A DNA stretch of 64,000 bases from positions 73,012 to 137,011 of the forward strand of contig MFPS01000008.1 of NCBI GenBank assembly GCA_001782825.1, in the 5' to 3' direction. Source of the stretch: Candidatus Magasanikbacteria bacterium RIFCSPHIGHO2_01_FULL_33_34 (GTDB taxonomy: Bacteria > Patescibacteriota > Patescibacteriia > Magasanikbacterales > UBA922). Both the position numbers and the translations under genes were made by a program. The stretch's first letter is position 1. Every line of letters starts with the position of its first letter. Positions 30,305-40,113 of the stretch are shown here, one piece after another. The notes beneath the pieces were generated by a model that worked only from the letters and a program-made list of their open reading frames with translations, had not been told where the DNA came from and ran no database searches.

Positions 30305-31642
30305 ATGAAAAAGGAGAAAATAGTTAAAAATAATAGTATTAGAGATGTAGGTGTTGTTGGTGAAGTTTATACTGATTATAGGGATACTTGGAGAGTTTTT
30401 AAAATAATGGCAGAATTGGTTGAAGGTTATAATTTTTTATCTTTACTTAAAAATGATGTGACAGTATTTGGGTCAGCGAGATTTAGTAATGAAAATAAAT
30501 ATTACAAAGAAGCTGAAAAGATAGGTTATTTGTTAGCAAAAAATAATTTTACTGTTATAACAGGTGGTGGCCCAGGTATAATGGAGGCAGCCAACAAAGG
30601 GGCATATGATGCTGGTGGTGAATCAGTCGGTCTCAATATACAATTACCTTTTGAACAACGTATAAATCCATATGTAAAGAAATCAACCGCTTTTCATTAT
30701 TTTTTTACGCGTAAGGTGATGTTGGTTTCTCCATCCTATGCTTTTATTATGTTTCCTGGTGGTTTTGGTACAATGGATGAATTTTTTGAAGTGGTTGACT
30801 TGATGGATCAAGGTGTAATGACTAAGGTGCCGGTTGTATTGGTAGGAAAAAGTTTTTGGCAACCATTAATTGATTTTTTGAAGACTAGTTGTTGTAGTGT
30901 CGGTTCAATCTCTCCAGACAAAATTGATGAATGGCATATAGTTGATACAGCCGAGGAAGCATTTGAATTAGTTAAAGATGTTGAAGGAGAATTGAATGTT
31001 TGTGATTTGTCACCAAACAATTTTTATTGTGAAGGAAATATAGACTGGAAGATATTTCGGGTAATGGCTGAGCTGGTTGAGGGTTTTGAATTTGTGACTG
31101 GTTTGACTAATGCTGTAACTATTTTAGGCACAAAAAGTATAGGAATTGATAGTCCTTATTATAATGATGCTTATACTTTGGGTCAAAAGCTCGCTAATAA
31201 AAAATATTCAGTTGTAACTGGTGGAAAATTTGGCACAGCAGAAGCGGCCAATAAGGGTGCATTTGAGGCTGGGGGATTTTCTTATGGTATAGGAGTAAGA
31301 ATAGGTAATAGAATTGAAGTTAATCATTATTTAAATAAATCTATTCTGTTTGATTTTCCATTTATAAGAAAATTAATAGTTACAGCGCCGACCAAGGCTT
31401 TAATATTTTTTCCAGGTGGTTTGGGCAGTATGCATCATTTATTTGAGGTAATGACATTAATGCAAACAAAAAAAATACCAAAAATACCAGTCATATTGTA
31501 TGATAATAATTTTTGGAGTCCATTGTATAATTTTATAAAAACTCAACTTGTTGAAGTAAATAAGACTATTGAATTAGTAGATTCAGAATTATTTAAAGTG
31601 GTAGATAGTGTTGATGAAATAATAGAAGAAATTAGTGAGTGA
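30305..31642 (+). CDS. Tandem two-domain LOG/TIGR00730 Rossmann-fold protein
   Basis: Domain 1 TGGGPGIMEAAN/PGGFGTMDE; domain 2 TGGKFGTAEAAN/PGGLGSMHH. Confidence 0.9.
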   Translation: MKKEKIVKNNSIRDVGVVGEVYTDYRDTWRVFKIMAELVEGYNFLSLLKNDVTVFGSARFSNENKYYKEAEKIGYLLAKNNFTVITGGGPGIMEAANKGAYDAGGESVGLNIQLPFEQRINPYVKKSTAFHYFFTRKVMLVSPSYAFIMFPGGFGTMDEFFEVVDLMDQGVMTKVPVVLVGKSFWQPLIDFLKTSCCSVGSISPDKIDEWHIVDTAEEAFELVKDVEGELNVCDLSPNNFYCEGNIDWKIFRVMAELVEGFEFVTGLTNAVTILGTKSIGIDSPYYNDAYTLGQKLANKKYSVVTGGKFGTAEAANKGAFEAGGFSYGIGVRIGNRIEVNHYLNKSILFDFPFIRKLIVTAPTKALIFFPGGLGSMHHLFEVMTLMQTKKIPKIPVILYDNNFWSPLYNFIKTQLVEVNKTIELVDSELFKVVDSVDEIIEEISE

Positions 31643-32405
31643 TATGTTTAAGAATTTTTATTCGGTATTTTATGTGGGACCAATTCCTATTCAAGTTTGG
31701 GGATTTTTTGTTGCTTTGGGGATGATGTTGAGTTTTGTTATTATTTTGAAAAGAAGTAAAAAGTTTGGCTTGAATGCTGAAAAGAATCTAGATATTGGTG
31801 TATGGATTGTAGTTGCTGGACTTGTTTTTGCGCGATTATTTCATATATTTTTTTATGAATTTTCTTATTTTTTGGAAAATCCACTTGATATAATAAAAAT
31901 ATGGCAGGGTGGTATGTCATCTTTTGGTGGATTGTTTGGGGCAATATTTGCAATTTATATATTGTTAAAAAGAAAAAAAATATTGAAAAAAGATTTGATG
32001 TTATTGGGGGATTTATTTGCTTATTCTGCTTTGTATGGGTGGATGCTTGGTCGGGTCGGTTGTGTAATGATTCATGATCATCTGGGTAGAGTTACCAAGA
32101 GCATGTTTAGCGTGTTGACTATTGATGGGTTTAGATATGAGATGGCTTTTCTAGAAATTATTGGACTTATTCCTTTGGCAATTATTTTCTTTGTAACAAA
32201 GAAAAAGAAAATGTTTCAAGGTTATTATATTATTACACTTTTTATTTATTATGGAATACTTCGTTTTATTTTAGATTTTTTTAGGGCAACTGATATTGTA
32301 CATGCAGATGCAAGATACTTAGGATTGACTCCTGGGCAATATTTTGGTATTGTGCTCACAATTGTTGGCTTATATATATTAAGGAAGGTTCGCATAGTGG
32401 CCTAG
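31635..32405 (+). CDS. lgt: Prolipoprotein diacylglyceryl transferase
   Basis: ARLFH, IWQGGMSSFGG, GRVGC and RFILDFFR motifs. Confidence 0.9.
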   Translation: MSDMFKNFYSVFYVGPIPIQVWGFFVALGMMLSFVIILKRSKKFGLNAEKNLDIGVWIVVAGLVFARLFHIFFYEFSYFLENPLDIIKIWQGGMSSFGGLFGAIFAIYILLKRKKILKKDLMLLGDLFAYSALYGWMLGRVGCVMIHDHLGRVTKSMFSVLTIDGFRYEMAFLEIIGLIPLAIIFFVTKKKKMFQGYYIITLFIYYGILRFILDFFRATDIVHADARYLGLTPGQYFGIVLTIVGLYILRKVRIVA

Positions 32406-32467
32406 TGCGCACGCTTGGAAAGCGTGTATACCGCAAGGTATCGAGGGTTCAAATCCCTCACCTTCCG
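32383..32467 (+). tRNA. trnS: tRNA-Ser(GGA)
   Basis: GGAAGGT...CACGC-TT-GGA-AA-GCGTG, long variable arm, GAGGG-TTCAAAT-CCCTC-ACCTTCC-G. Confidence 0.95.
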
Positions 32468-32544
32468 CTGAGTAAAACCTAGATAAAATGTTTTATCTAG
32501 GTTTATACTACAAATAATAGGTTGAATATAAAAAGGAGATAAAA

Positions 32545-33063
32545 ATGTGTGAAAAAAATTGCGTAGAACAAGCCAAAACATGGCTTAAATATGCGAGAGC
32601 TGGCTCTTTCATGTGTGATTCATATATTGAGTATATTCGTAAGGAAGTTTGTAATGGTGAAATCTCACTTATTGATATTGGTACTAGTGAGGAAGAACTC
32701 AAAGAACTATTGGTTAGTAGTTATAAAAAAAATGTTATTGCTTGGCTTGAGAATTTACGTAGGGGTAATAGTCAATATTCTTCTATAATTAGTTATGTAC
32801 GCAATACAGTTAGTAAAATAGGGCTTTCACTTGCTGATATTGGTACTAGTGAGGAGGAGTTTGTTAGGCTTAAAAGAAAAGGTCAAATTATTATGGCTAA
32901 TTATTGGCTTGAACAGTTACCTAACACTATCAAATATTCTCATTGTATTGCGTTAGTTGGGTATATATGTGATGAAATTATTGAAGGCGATCTTTCATTT
33001 GTTGAAGTGGGTACTAGTGTAAAGGAACTTGTTTCTTTTATCTTAGTTAAGGCTCAAAATTAA
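32545..33063 (+). CDS. Hypothetical helical repeat protein (three ~55-aa units)
   Basis: Repeats ISLIDIGTSEEEL / LSLADIGTSEEEF / LSFVEVGTSVKEL; AAGGAG SD. Confidence 0.8.
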   Translation: MCEKNCVEQAKTWLKYARAGSFMCDSYIEYIRKEVCNGEISLIDIGTSEEELKELLVSSYKKNVIAWLENLRRGNSQYSSIISYVRNTVSKIGLSLADIGTSEEEFVRLKRKGQIIMANYWLEQLPNTIKYSHCIALVGYICDEIIEGDLSFVEVGTSVKELVSFILVKAQN

Positions 33064-33169
33064 TGTTCAAACATTTTGGCATAGGCGTGTACTATCATGG
33101 TATGACGCCTTTTCTTTTTTTCAAAAAGATTCTATAATTGTTTTAGTTATATTAAAAATTTTTATTGAT

Positions 33170-33799
33170 ATGGTAGAAAATAATAAAAAAATTAGTGGTT
33201 TGGCTATTGGAGTATTGATTGTCTCAAATTCTTTGCCAATTTTTGGTGTATTATTTTTGGAATGGAATCTTTTTTCAATTTTATTTTTGTATTGGCTTGA
33301 GAATATTGTGGTTGGGATGTATGCAATGTTAAGAATATGGCGAGCTGAATTACCGCCAAAAGCTCCAATAAAGGTAACTAAAATCACTGGTGAGACTTAT
33401 ATTTATAAAGTTTCGGCATATTTATCTTTTTTTTTAGTCCATTATGGTATGTTTACCTTTGTTCACGGGATATTTATATATATGATGTTTATGCCTTTTT
33501 TTGAATCATTGGATTGGGTTTTAATAGCATTTTTGGGATTGTTTGTCAGTCATGGTATCTCACATTTTAAAAATTTTGTTGGAAATCAAGAATATTTGAG
33601 CACTTCTCCTGACAAAGAAATGTTGGCACCGTATAAGAGAGTTGTGGTTATGCATTTGACTATTATAGCCGGTGGTTTTTTTGTAACAGAAGTTGGATCA
33701 CCAATTTATGCAATAGTTATTTTGGTTATATTAAAGATTTTTATTGACTTGAGTTCACATTTGTCTGAACACAAAAAATATGCAAAGAGTAGAAAATAA
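33170..33799 (+). CDS. Membrane protein (DUF6498-like)
   Basis: LYWLENIVVG, FFLVHYGMFTFVHG and PYKRVVVMHL motifs. Confidence 0.8.
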   Translation: MVENNKKISGLAIGVLIVSNSLPIFGVLFLEWNLFSILFLYWLENIVVGMYAMLRIWRAELPPKAPIKVTKITGETYIYKVSAYLSFFLVHYGMFTFVHGIFIYMMFMPFFESLDWVLIAFLGLFVSHGISHFKNFVGNQEYLSTSPDKEMLAPYKRVVVMHLTIIAGGFFVTEVGSPIYAIVILVILKIFIDLSSHLSEHKKYAKSRK

Positions 33800-34073
33800 A
33801 AAGTTTAAAGATATAGTATTGGAGATAGTTGCAAAAATACCACGGGGTAGTGTTTTGACATACAAAGAAGTGGCGGAAATGGCTGGTAGCCAAAGAGCTT
33901 CTCGAGCAGTGGGTAATATAATAAAGAAAAATTATAATCCAAGTATACCTTGTCATCGGGTTGTAAAATCAGATGGTAATGTAGGTGAGTATAATCGAGG
34001 ACAAGAAAATAAAATAAAAATTTTAAAAAAAGAGGGGGTTATTATTAAAAATAAAAAAATATATAATAAATAG
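33780..34073 (+). CDS. MGMT/Ogt family single-domain alkyl-DNA repair protein
   Basis: IPRGSVLTY, RAVG and PCHRVV active-site motif. Confidence 0.9.
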   Translation: MQRVENKKFKDIVLEIVAKIPRGSVLTYKEVAEMAGSQRASRAVGNIIKKNYNPSIPCHRVVKSDGNVGEYNRGQENKIKILKKEGVIIKNKKIYNK

Positions 34074-34129
34074 TTTGTATAGATGTATCCCTGCTGATGG
34101 CGGGGATACATCTAGTTGTTGGTGGCAAA

Positions 34130-34351
34130 TTATCTTGGCCTTTTTTTTGGTTGGCATTCTCGCCAGCCATTGATAGCCGTGAAAATGGATGTATGCACAC
34201 TCCATGCTATTAATTCAAGCAGTTCTTCTTTTTGGATTATTAAATCTATTTCTTCGTTTGTTAGTTTTAATCCTTTTGAATTTAAAGCTTCAAGAACTTT
34301 TTTTGACAGAGTTTCATGGATTAATTTTTTTTTCCACCACCACATTGTCAT
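34130..34351 (-). CDS. Orphan hypothetical protein
   Basis: TTGACT-17-TAGTAT promoter, AGGGGG SD and downstream hairpin near 34081-34113. Confidence 0.55.
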   Translation of the reverse strand: MTMWWWKKKLIHETLSKKVLEALNSKGLKLTNEEIDLIIQKEELLELIAWSVHTSIFTAINGWRECQPKKRPR

Positions 34352-34404
34352 GTGTAGCCCCCCTATTTATTCTATACTAGAATACATTTTTAAATAAGTC
34401 AATA

Positions 34405-35214
34405 TTAACGCTTACTAATAAGTTTTTTAGGTAATTTTAATAAAATATAAGCAAATAATAGGTGAATAGTAGATATAATGATGGAATAAAGAAAAATTGC
34501 CGTTAAAAAATTCATATAATTTTTGATTTTTAGAATAGTATTGGTAGGATTTAAATTAAATAAGATTCCAAAAATATTGATAAGTAATAATATAAAAATT
34601 ATATACAAAAAACCACTCCACATACCTTTTCTATCTACTTTGCTTGGTGCAAGGTGAGAGGCGATACAAAATGATAAATATAAAAAAAGCCAATAATTCC
34701 AGCTTTTTAGAGCTGAAATTGATAAAAAAGAATTTTTTATGCCAATAGATATTTTTGTAATTAAATTTGTTATATTGTCAGTGCTTGATAAAATAGAAAT
34801 TAATTCTTTTCCATGGGGTAAAAAAAAGTAAGCTAATAAAATTAATACGATTGAGCCAAAAATCATTGGTGCTACACCTATAAAAAAATTGCCTATGCGT
34901 TGATACAAGCTAGTTTTCTTGAAACTATGGTCAACACTCCCAAGTTCACCAGTTTCTTGATTTGGGTCAAATAGTTTGAATTTTATAATTTTGTGCCTAA
35001 AAAGTTTTGCAAAAAAATAATGACCAAATTCGTGAAATGGTGTACCAACCCAGGCTGTCCAAAGAATACCTTTCCATCCGATAGTTTGTTGATAAATTTT
35101 GTGAGTTTTTTCTTGGAGTTTTGATAGGATAAAACCTAGGATAAAAAAAATGCCAAATAATCCAAATATCTGTAAAAAAGTTAATTTGAAAACTGCTATA
35201 AAAAAATCGTACAT
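34405..35214 (-). CDS. Membrane metalloprotease-like protein (M50-like)
   Basis: GTPFHEFGH HExxH motif, FFIGVAP, APSKVD, multiple TMs. Confidence 0.8.
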   Translation of the reverse strand: MYDFFIAVFKLTFLQIFGLFGIFFILGFILSKLQEKTHKIYQQTIGWKGILWTAWVGTPFHEFGHYFFAKLFRHKIIKFKLFDPNQETGELGSVDHSFKKTSLYQRIGNFFIGVAPMIFGSIVLILLAYFFLPHGKELISILSSTDNITNLITKISIGIKNSFLSISALKSWNYWLFLYLSFCIASHLAPSKVDRKGMWSGFLYIIFILLLINIFGILFNLNPTNTILKIKNYMNFLTAIFLYSIIISTIHLLFAYILLKLPKKLISKR

Positions 35215-35232
35215 AATATTTTGGATAGAAAA

Positions 35233-35574
35233 CTAGCCATATAATAGTCTACCAATAGCAATTGCCGTATTTATAAAAAATAAAGAAACATAAAGTGCTA
35301 TTATGGGTTTTTCTTTGTGCGCAATACCATAAAATATCCAAATTGTATTTGTAATTGCAAGGCCTGTATAAGTAATTAATGATATGCCAGCAGCATTTTG
35401 TGTAGTCCATATTTTCCAAATTTGTGGCAAAATAAGTAGTGGCGTGATAATACAGATAACATAAATAAGATAGTCTAAAAATCGTTTGGCTGGTTCTGGG
35501 TGTGGTATGGGTTCCAATTTTCTTTTGTTAGACCTTTTTCTGTTATGAAAATGACGGATTATTGAGTTAGGCAT
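35233..35574 (-). CDS. SemiSWEET/PQ-loop transporter
   Basis: LPQIWKIW..AAGISL..WIFYG; three TMs. Confidence 0.82.
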   Translation of the reverse strand: MPNSIIRHFHNRKRSNKRKLEPIPHPEPAKRFLDYLIYVICIITPLLILPQIWKIWTTQNAAGISLITYTGLAITNTIWIFYGIAHKEKPIIALYVSLFFINTAIAIGRLLYG

Positions 35575-35656
35575 AATTTATTATATTAGAAGTGTGTGTA
35601 TTATAGCATAAATAAAAAGAACCTTCATTAAATTTGAAGATTCTTTTTATTTAAAT

Positions 35657-35980
35657 TTATTTTTGTACAGCTTTTTTTACTTTAGTTGTTGCTTTTTTTA
35701 TGGTTGTTGGAATTACATTCGCATATTTAGCTATTTTGAGTTTTCCATCAAAACGAATTCGTTTTTTTTGGGTAAATTTTACTATTCCTGCGATTGTGGC
35801 AAAAAGTGTATCGTCTTTGCCTTTTTTTACATTTTTGCCAGGATGAATTTTGGTTCCTCTTTGGCGAACTATAACTGCGCCTGCGTTTATTGTCTGGCCA
35901 TCGCCTACTTTAACGCCTAGGTACTGTGGATTAGAATCTCTGCCGAGACGGGTAGATCCGCCTGCTTTTTTATGAGCCAT
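35657..35980 (-). CDS. rpmA: 50S ribosomal protein L27 with Lys-rich C-terminal extension
   Basis: [16 protein letters not shown] and [12 protein letters not shown]. Confidence 0.97.
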   Translation of the reverse strand: MAHKKAGGSTRLGRDSNPQYLGVKVGDGQTINAGAVIVRQRGTKIHPGKNVKKGKDDTLFATIAGIVKFTQKKRIRFDGKLKIAKYANVIPTTIKKATTKVKKAVQK

Positions 35981-36080
35981 ATTTGGTTCACACTATAAAA
36001 CCCAGATTATAAATCTGGAACCGCCTCCCGAATGATCGCTCATTGAGCGTCGGGATCGTTAACCATGCCGTTTAATATTA
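35981..36080 (-). promoter_or_regulatory. Structured 5' leader of rpmA
   Basis: Upstream TTGACA-17-TACAAT; helices CCCGA/UCGGG, CGCUC/GAGCG and CCAGAUU/AAUCUGG. Confidence 0.55.
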
Positions 36081-36151
36081 TGTGCATCATTGTATCAGCT
36101 TATTTTGTGGTTGTCAAGAGGGGGATTTGTATGTATAATTAAGTTAAAAAT

Positions 36152-36514
36152 ATGGGAAAGCATACTTATCCAATAAAATTATATTTTAAATATCGTCTTA
36201 ATTTGGTGATGTTTATTTTGGCTTTTTTGATAAATTTATCAAATTGGATTTGGGTAGTATTGAAAATAAGGCCACAAAAGGATTTGATTTTTTTGCATTA
36301 TAATATTTTATTTGGAGTTGATTATATTGGTGAGTGGTGGCGAGTGTATTTTGTGGCTATGACTGGATTGGTTATATTTATTATTAATTTTTTGTTAGGT
36401 TGGCTTTTGTTTAATAAGGACAAGTTTGTATCCATATTAATGAATATTGTAAATATAGTTGCGCAGATTTTTCTTTTGATAGCTACTGCTATATTAGTAT
36501 TTTTGAATGTTTAG
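36152..36514 (+). CDS. Three-TM hypothetical membrane protein (LHYNILFGVD motif)
   Basis: ORF in operon with ftsW. Confidence 0.8.
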   Translation: MGKHTYPIKLYFKYRLNLVMFILAFLINLSNWIWVVLKIRPQKDLIFLHYNILFGVDYIGEWWRVYFVAMTGLVIFIINFLLGWLLFNKDKFVSILMNIVNIVAQIFLLIATAILVFLNV

Positions 36515-36520
36515 TCTTTT

Positions 36521-37630
36521 ATGAATAAAGCAAATGAACACAAAGCTGATTATGTTTTGCTTATTTATTTTATAATTTTACTTGCTTTTGGTTTGTTGAT
36601 GCTGACTTCAGCTAGTGCGCCACTTGGTTATAATAAGTTTGGTGATAAATATTTTTTTATAAAGCGACAATTATTGGTAGGTGTTTTGCCAGGTGTATTC
36701 CTTTTTCTGTATTTTTCCAAATTTTATTATAAAAAATTAGCAAAATATGCTGGTCTTATCTTTATTGTAACTTTACTATTATCATTTTTAGTATTTATTC
36801 CTGGTATTGGATCCTCATTGAATACCGGCGCAAAAAGTTGGATAGTGATATTTGGCTATTCTATGCAACCAGCAGAATTTTTAAAGCTTGGTATGATTAT
36901 TTTTTTGGCATATCAGATAAGTCGTATAAAAGATGATTTGACAGATTTTAAAAAAGGTTTTTTACCTACATTAGGTCTTGGACTTATACCGCTTGCATTA
37001 GTGGTTTTACAACCAGATATTGGCACAGCTTCGGTTTTGTTTGCTATATTATTTGGAATTCTTTTTTTGGGTGAGGCTAAACTTCAGCATATGGCATTGT
37101 TGGCTGGAGCAGGTATTGGTGGTTTTGTCTTGATGATTATTGTTGCGCCGTATCGGGCTGCTCGTTTTATGACTTTTTTACATCCAGAGTTGGATCAGCT
37201 TGGAGTGGGTTATCATATAAACCAAGCATTTTTAGCGATTGGCAGTGGTGGTTGGCTTGGTAGGGGACTTTGGGGTTCAGTGCGTAAATATGAATTTTTG
37301 CCAGAGGTAAATGCTGATAGTATTTTTGCTATTATGGCAGAAGAGATTGGGTTTTTGTTTACAGTTGCATTTATTGTATTGATAATGTTAATCTGTTTTA
37401 GAGGGTTACGAATTGCTAAAAATGCTCCAGATGTATTTAGTAAGTTACTTGTTTCTGGAATAATTATTTGGTTTGTTTCTCAATCATTTTTTAATATAGC
37501 GGCTATGGTGGGTTTGATGCCTTTGACGGGTTTACCTTTACCATTTGTAAGTCATGGTGGCACAGCTCTTTTGATTGCAATGGTATCAGTTGGTATATTA
37601 ATAAATGTGAGTAAATATACATTAGAGTAA
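36521..37630 (+). CDS. ftsW: SEDS peptidoglycan polymerase FtsW
   Basis: QPAEFLK, LQPDIGT, AIGSGG and PLTGLPLPFVSHGG motifs; adjacent to murG. Confidence 0.93.
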   Translation: MNKANEHKADYVLLIYFIILLAFGLLMLTSASAPLGYNKFGDKYFFIKRQLLVGVLPGVFLFLYFSKFYYKKLAKYAGLIFIVTLLLSFLVFIPGIGSSLNTGAKSWIVIFGYSMQPAEFLKLGMIIFLAYQISRIKDDLTDFKKGFLPTLGLGLIPLALVVLQPDIGTASVLFAILFGILFLGEAKLQHMALLAGAGIGGFVLMIIVAPYRAARFMTFLHPELDQLGVGYHINQAFLAIGSGGWLGRGLWGSVRKYEFLPEVNADSIFAIMAEEIGFLFTVAFIVLIMLICFRGLRIAKNAPDVFSKLLVSGIIIWFVSQSFFNIAAMVGLMPLTGLPLPFVSHGGTALLIAMVSVGILINVSKYTLE

Positions 37631-37635
37631 TAAAT

Positions 37636-38733
37636 ATGGTAGAAAAAAATAAAAAATTAAAAGTAGTTTTTTCTGGTGGTGGTACGCTTGGTTCGGTAAC
37701 GCCTCTTATTTCAGTATATGATGCCATAAAAGAAAAATATCCCAATACAGAGTTCTTTTGGGTTGGTACTAAAAATGGTCCTGAAAAAGTGTTGATTGAA
37801 GATAAAGGTATTAGATTTTTGGTATTTTTTTCTGGAAAATTGCGTAGATATGTATCTTTATATAATATTATTGATTTATTTAAAATTATTATAGGTTTTT
37901 TTGAATCTTTAATTTTTTTAAAAAAAGAAAAACCAGATTTATGTATTTCTGCTGGTGGTTTTGTGTCTGTTCCTTTGCATTGGGCCACTAGATTTATAAA
38001 AATACCAACATGGATACATCAGCAAGATGTTCGAGTAGGCTTGTCAAATAAGTTGATGTCATCTTTTGCGACGGTTATAACAACCGCACTTGAGCAAAAT
38101 TCCAATTATTTTCCAATTGAAAAGACAGTTTATTTGGGTAATCCGGTGAGGCAAGATATTTTGGATGTGGACAAACAAAAAGCAATTGAGTTGTTTGGTA
38201 TCAGTAGAAAAAAACCAATAGTTTTGGTTACTGGTGGTGGAACAGGTTCTGAAAATGTAAATAGATTGGTGGCAGATTCTGTTGAATACTTGAAAGACAC
38301 TTGTGATATAATCCACCTCTCAGGAAAAGATAGATCTCATGAATTATTGAATAAAATTGCTCTTGATAATGATCATTATAAAACTTTTTCTTTTCTTCAA
38401 GATGAAATGAAGCATGCTTATGCGGTTGCTGATTTGGTAATATCTAGAGGTGGTTTTGGTACATTAACTGAATTATCAATTTTGAAAAAACCAGCTATAA
38501 TTATACCAATTCCAGGACATCAAGAAGAAAATGTAGCATTTCTTGCAAAAAGTGGCGCAGTTATTTTGGTGGATCAAAGTACTTGCACAGGTCAGAAATT
38601 GGCTAGCATTGTTAAGGATATTCTTGGTGACAAGGAAAGTATGCAAAATATGAGTGAAAAGTTATCAAAATTAATTCGAGTATCCAAAAAACAGGATATT
38701 TTGAATATTTTTGAAAAAATAATAATTAAGTAA
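37636..38733 (+). CDS. murG: Lipid II GlcNAc transferase MurG
   Basis: GGGTLGSV, GGFVSVP, GNPVR and HQEEN motifs. Confidence 0.94.
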   Translation: MVEKNKKLKVVFSGGGTLGSVTPLISVYDAIKEKYPNTEFFWVGTKNGPEKVLIEDKGIRFLVFFSGKLRRYVSLYNIIDLFKIIIGFFESLIFLKKEKPDLCISAGGFVSVPLHWATRFIKIPTWIHQQDVRVGLSNKLMSSFATVITTALEQNSNYFPIEKTVYLGNPVRQDILDVDKQKAIELFGISRKKPIVLVTGGGTGSENVNRLVADSVEYLKDTCDIIHLSGKDRSHELLNKIALDNDHYKTFSFLQDEMKHAYAVADLVISRGGFGTLTELSILKKPAIIIPIPGHQEENVAFLAKSGAVILVDQSTCTGQKLASIVKDILGDKESMQNMSEKLSKLIRVSKKQDILNIFEKIIIK

Positions 38734-38802
38734 TATTTATACACAATTATTTATTTTTTTATATAATGTTATAATAAACAAGAGCTGTATATAAAAAATC
38801 TT

Positions 38803-39402
38803 ATGAATAATACAAACAAAGGTTTTAGCACTTTAGCTACAATTGGCATGGTTGTTTTGGTGTTGATTATAGTTGGTTCTTTTTATTATGCTTCAAATAG
38901 TACTAATTTGGTAGATAAAGAATCTATTTCATTAAATGAAAATAAGGAAAATGTAGTAGTCAATGATGAGGATAATACTATAATTGATATTGATAGTGAA
39001 ATGACAGAAGATAAAATATCAGATTTGTTTTATTCAGGAAAAGTTTTAGCTGGTAATAGTTCTAAATTGATTGATTTTAATAAAAGTGATTATGAGAAAG
39101 CAATTGCTTCAGATAAAGTGGTTATATTATATTTTTATGCTAGTTGGTGTCCAATTTGTCAGGCTGAATTTCCAAAAATGCAACAGGCATTTGATAGCTT
39201 GAGTACTGACAAGGTCGTAGGGTTTCGTGTGAATTATAATGATAGTGATACTGATGATTATGAAAAGAATTTGGCTAGACAGTTTGGAGTACCTTATCAG
39301 CATACAAAAATATTTATAAAAAATGGTGAGAGAGTTTTGAAGTCGCCAGAATCATGGAATAAAGATAAATATATAGAGGAAATAAATAAATTTATTAATT
39401 AA
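38803..39402 (+). CDS. Membrane-anchored thioredoxin family protein
   Basis: N-terminal TM; FYASWCPIC. Confidence 0.88.
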   Translation: MNNTNKGFSTLATIGMVVLVLIIVGSFYYASNSTNLVDKESISLNENKENVVVNDEDNTIIDIDSEMTEDKISDLFYSGKVLAGNSSKLIDFNKSDYEKAIASDKVVILYFYASWCPICQAEFPKMQQAFDSLSTDKVVGFRVNYNDSDTDDYEKNLARQFGVPYQHTKIFIKNGERVLKSPESWNKDKYIEEINKFIN

Positions 39403-39405
39403 TAT

Positions 39406-40113
39406 ATGGAGATAAACTTTTTTATTGCGTTTGTCGCTGGTGTTGTGTCATTTTTGGCACCATGTGTATTGCCTTTGATTCCTGGATTTTTGGCATATTT
39501 GGCGGGAAGTACAGTTGGTGAAGACACTCAAAAACAAAGAGTACAGATATTTGTAAATAGCATTTTTTTTGTTCTTGGTTTTTCATTTGTATTTGCATTG
39601 CTTGGGGTACTTTTGAATAGTTTGCTTGAAGCAGTGGCCTATGATGCTCAGATATGGTTGGCACGGATTGGTGGGGCTGTGATTATATTTTTTGGACTGT
39701 ATCTTACTGGTCTTATTAAAATTGATTTTCTTGAGCGTGAACACAAATTACAAGTAAAGAAAAAATTTAATTCACGATATTTAACTTCATTTGTTTTTGG
39801 GTCGGCATTTGCCGTGGGTTGGACGCCTTGTGTGGGGGCAGTACTGGGTAGTATTTTAGGATTAGCTACTAGTGCACCTGGTTCAGCTTTTGGATTATTG
39901 TTATCTTATGCAGTCGGTTTAGGAATACCATTTCTTTTGGTTGGATTGTTTACCGCTCAGGCGACAGGTTTAATCAATAAATATATAAAGTGGGTGAAGT
40001 ATATTAATATTGTATTTGGTCTGATTTTAGTTGGATTGGGAATATTGATCTTCACTATGCAATTGAGTCGTGTGGCAAATTTTGAATTTTTAAATAATAT
40101 ATTATTAAAATGA
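39406..40113 (+). CDS. ccdA: CcdA/DsbD transmembrane electron transporter
   Basis: SFLAPCVLPLIP and GWTPCVG motifs. Confidence 0.93.
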   Translation: MEINFFIAFVAGVVSFLAPCVLPLIPGFLAYLAGSTVGEDTQKQRVQIFVNSIFFVLGFSFVFALLGVLLNSLLEAVAYDAQIWLARIGGAVIIFFGLYLTGLIKIDFLEREHKLQVKKKFNSRYLTSFVFGSAFAVGWTPCVGAVLGSILGLATSAPGSAFGLLLSYAVGLGIPFLLVGLFTAQATGLINKYIKWVKYINIVFGLILVGLGILIFTMQLSRVANFEFLNNILLK

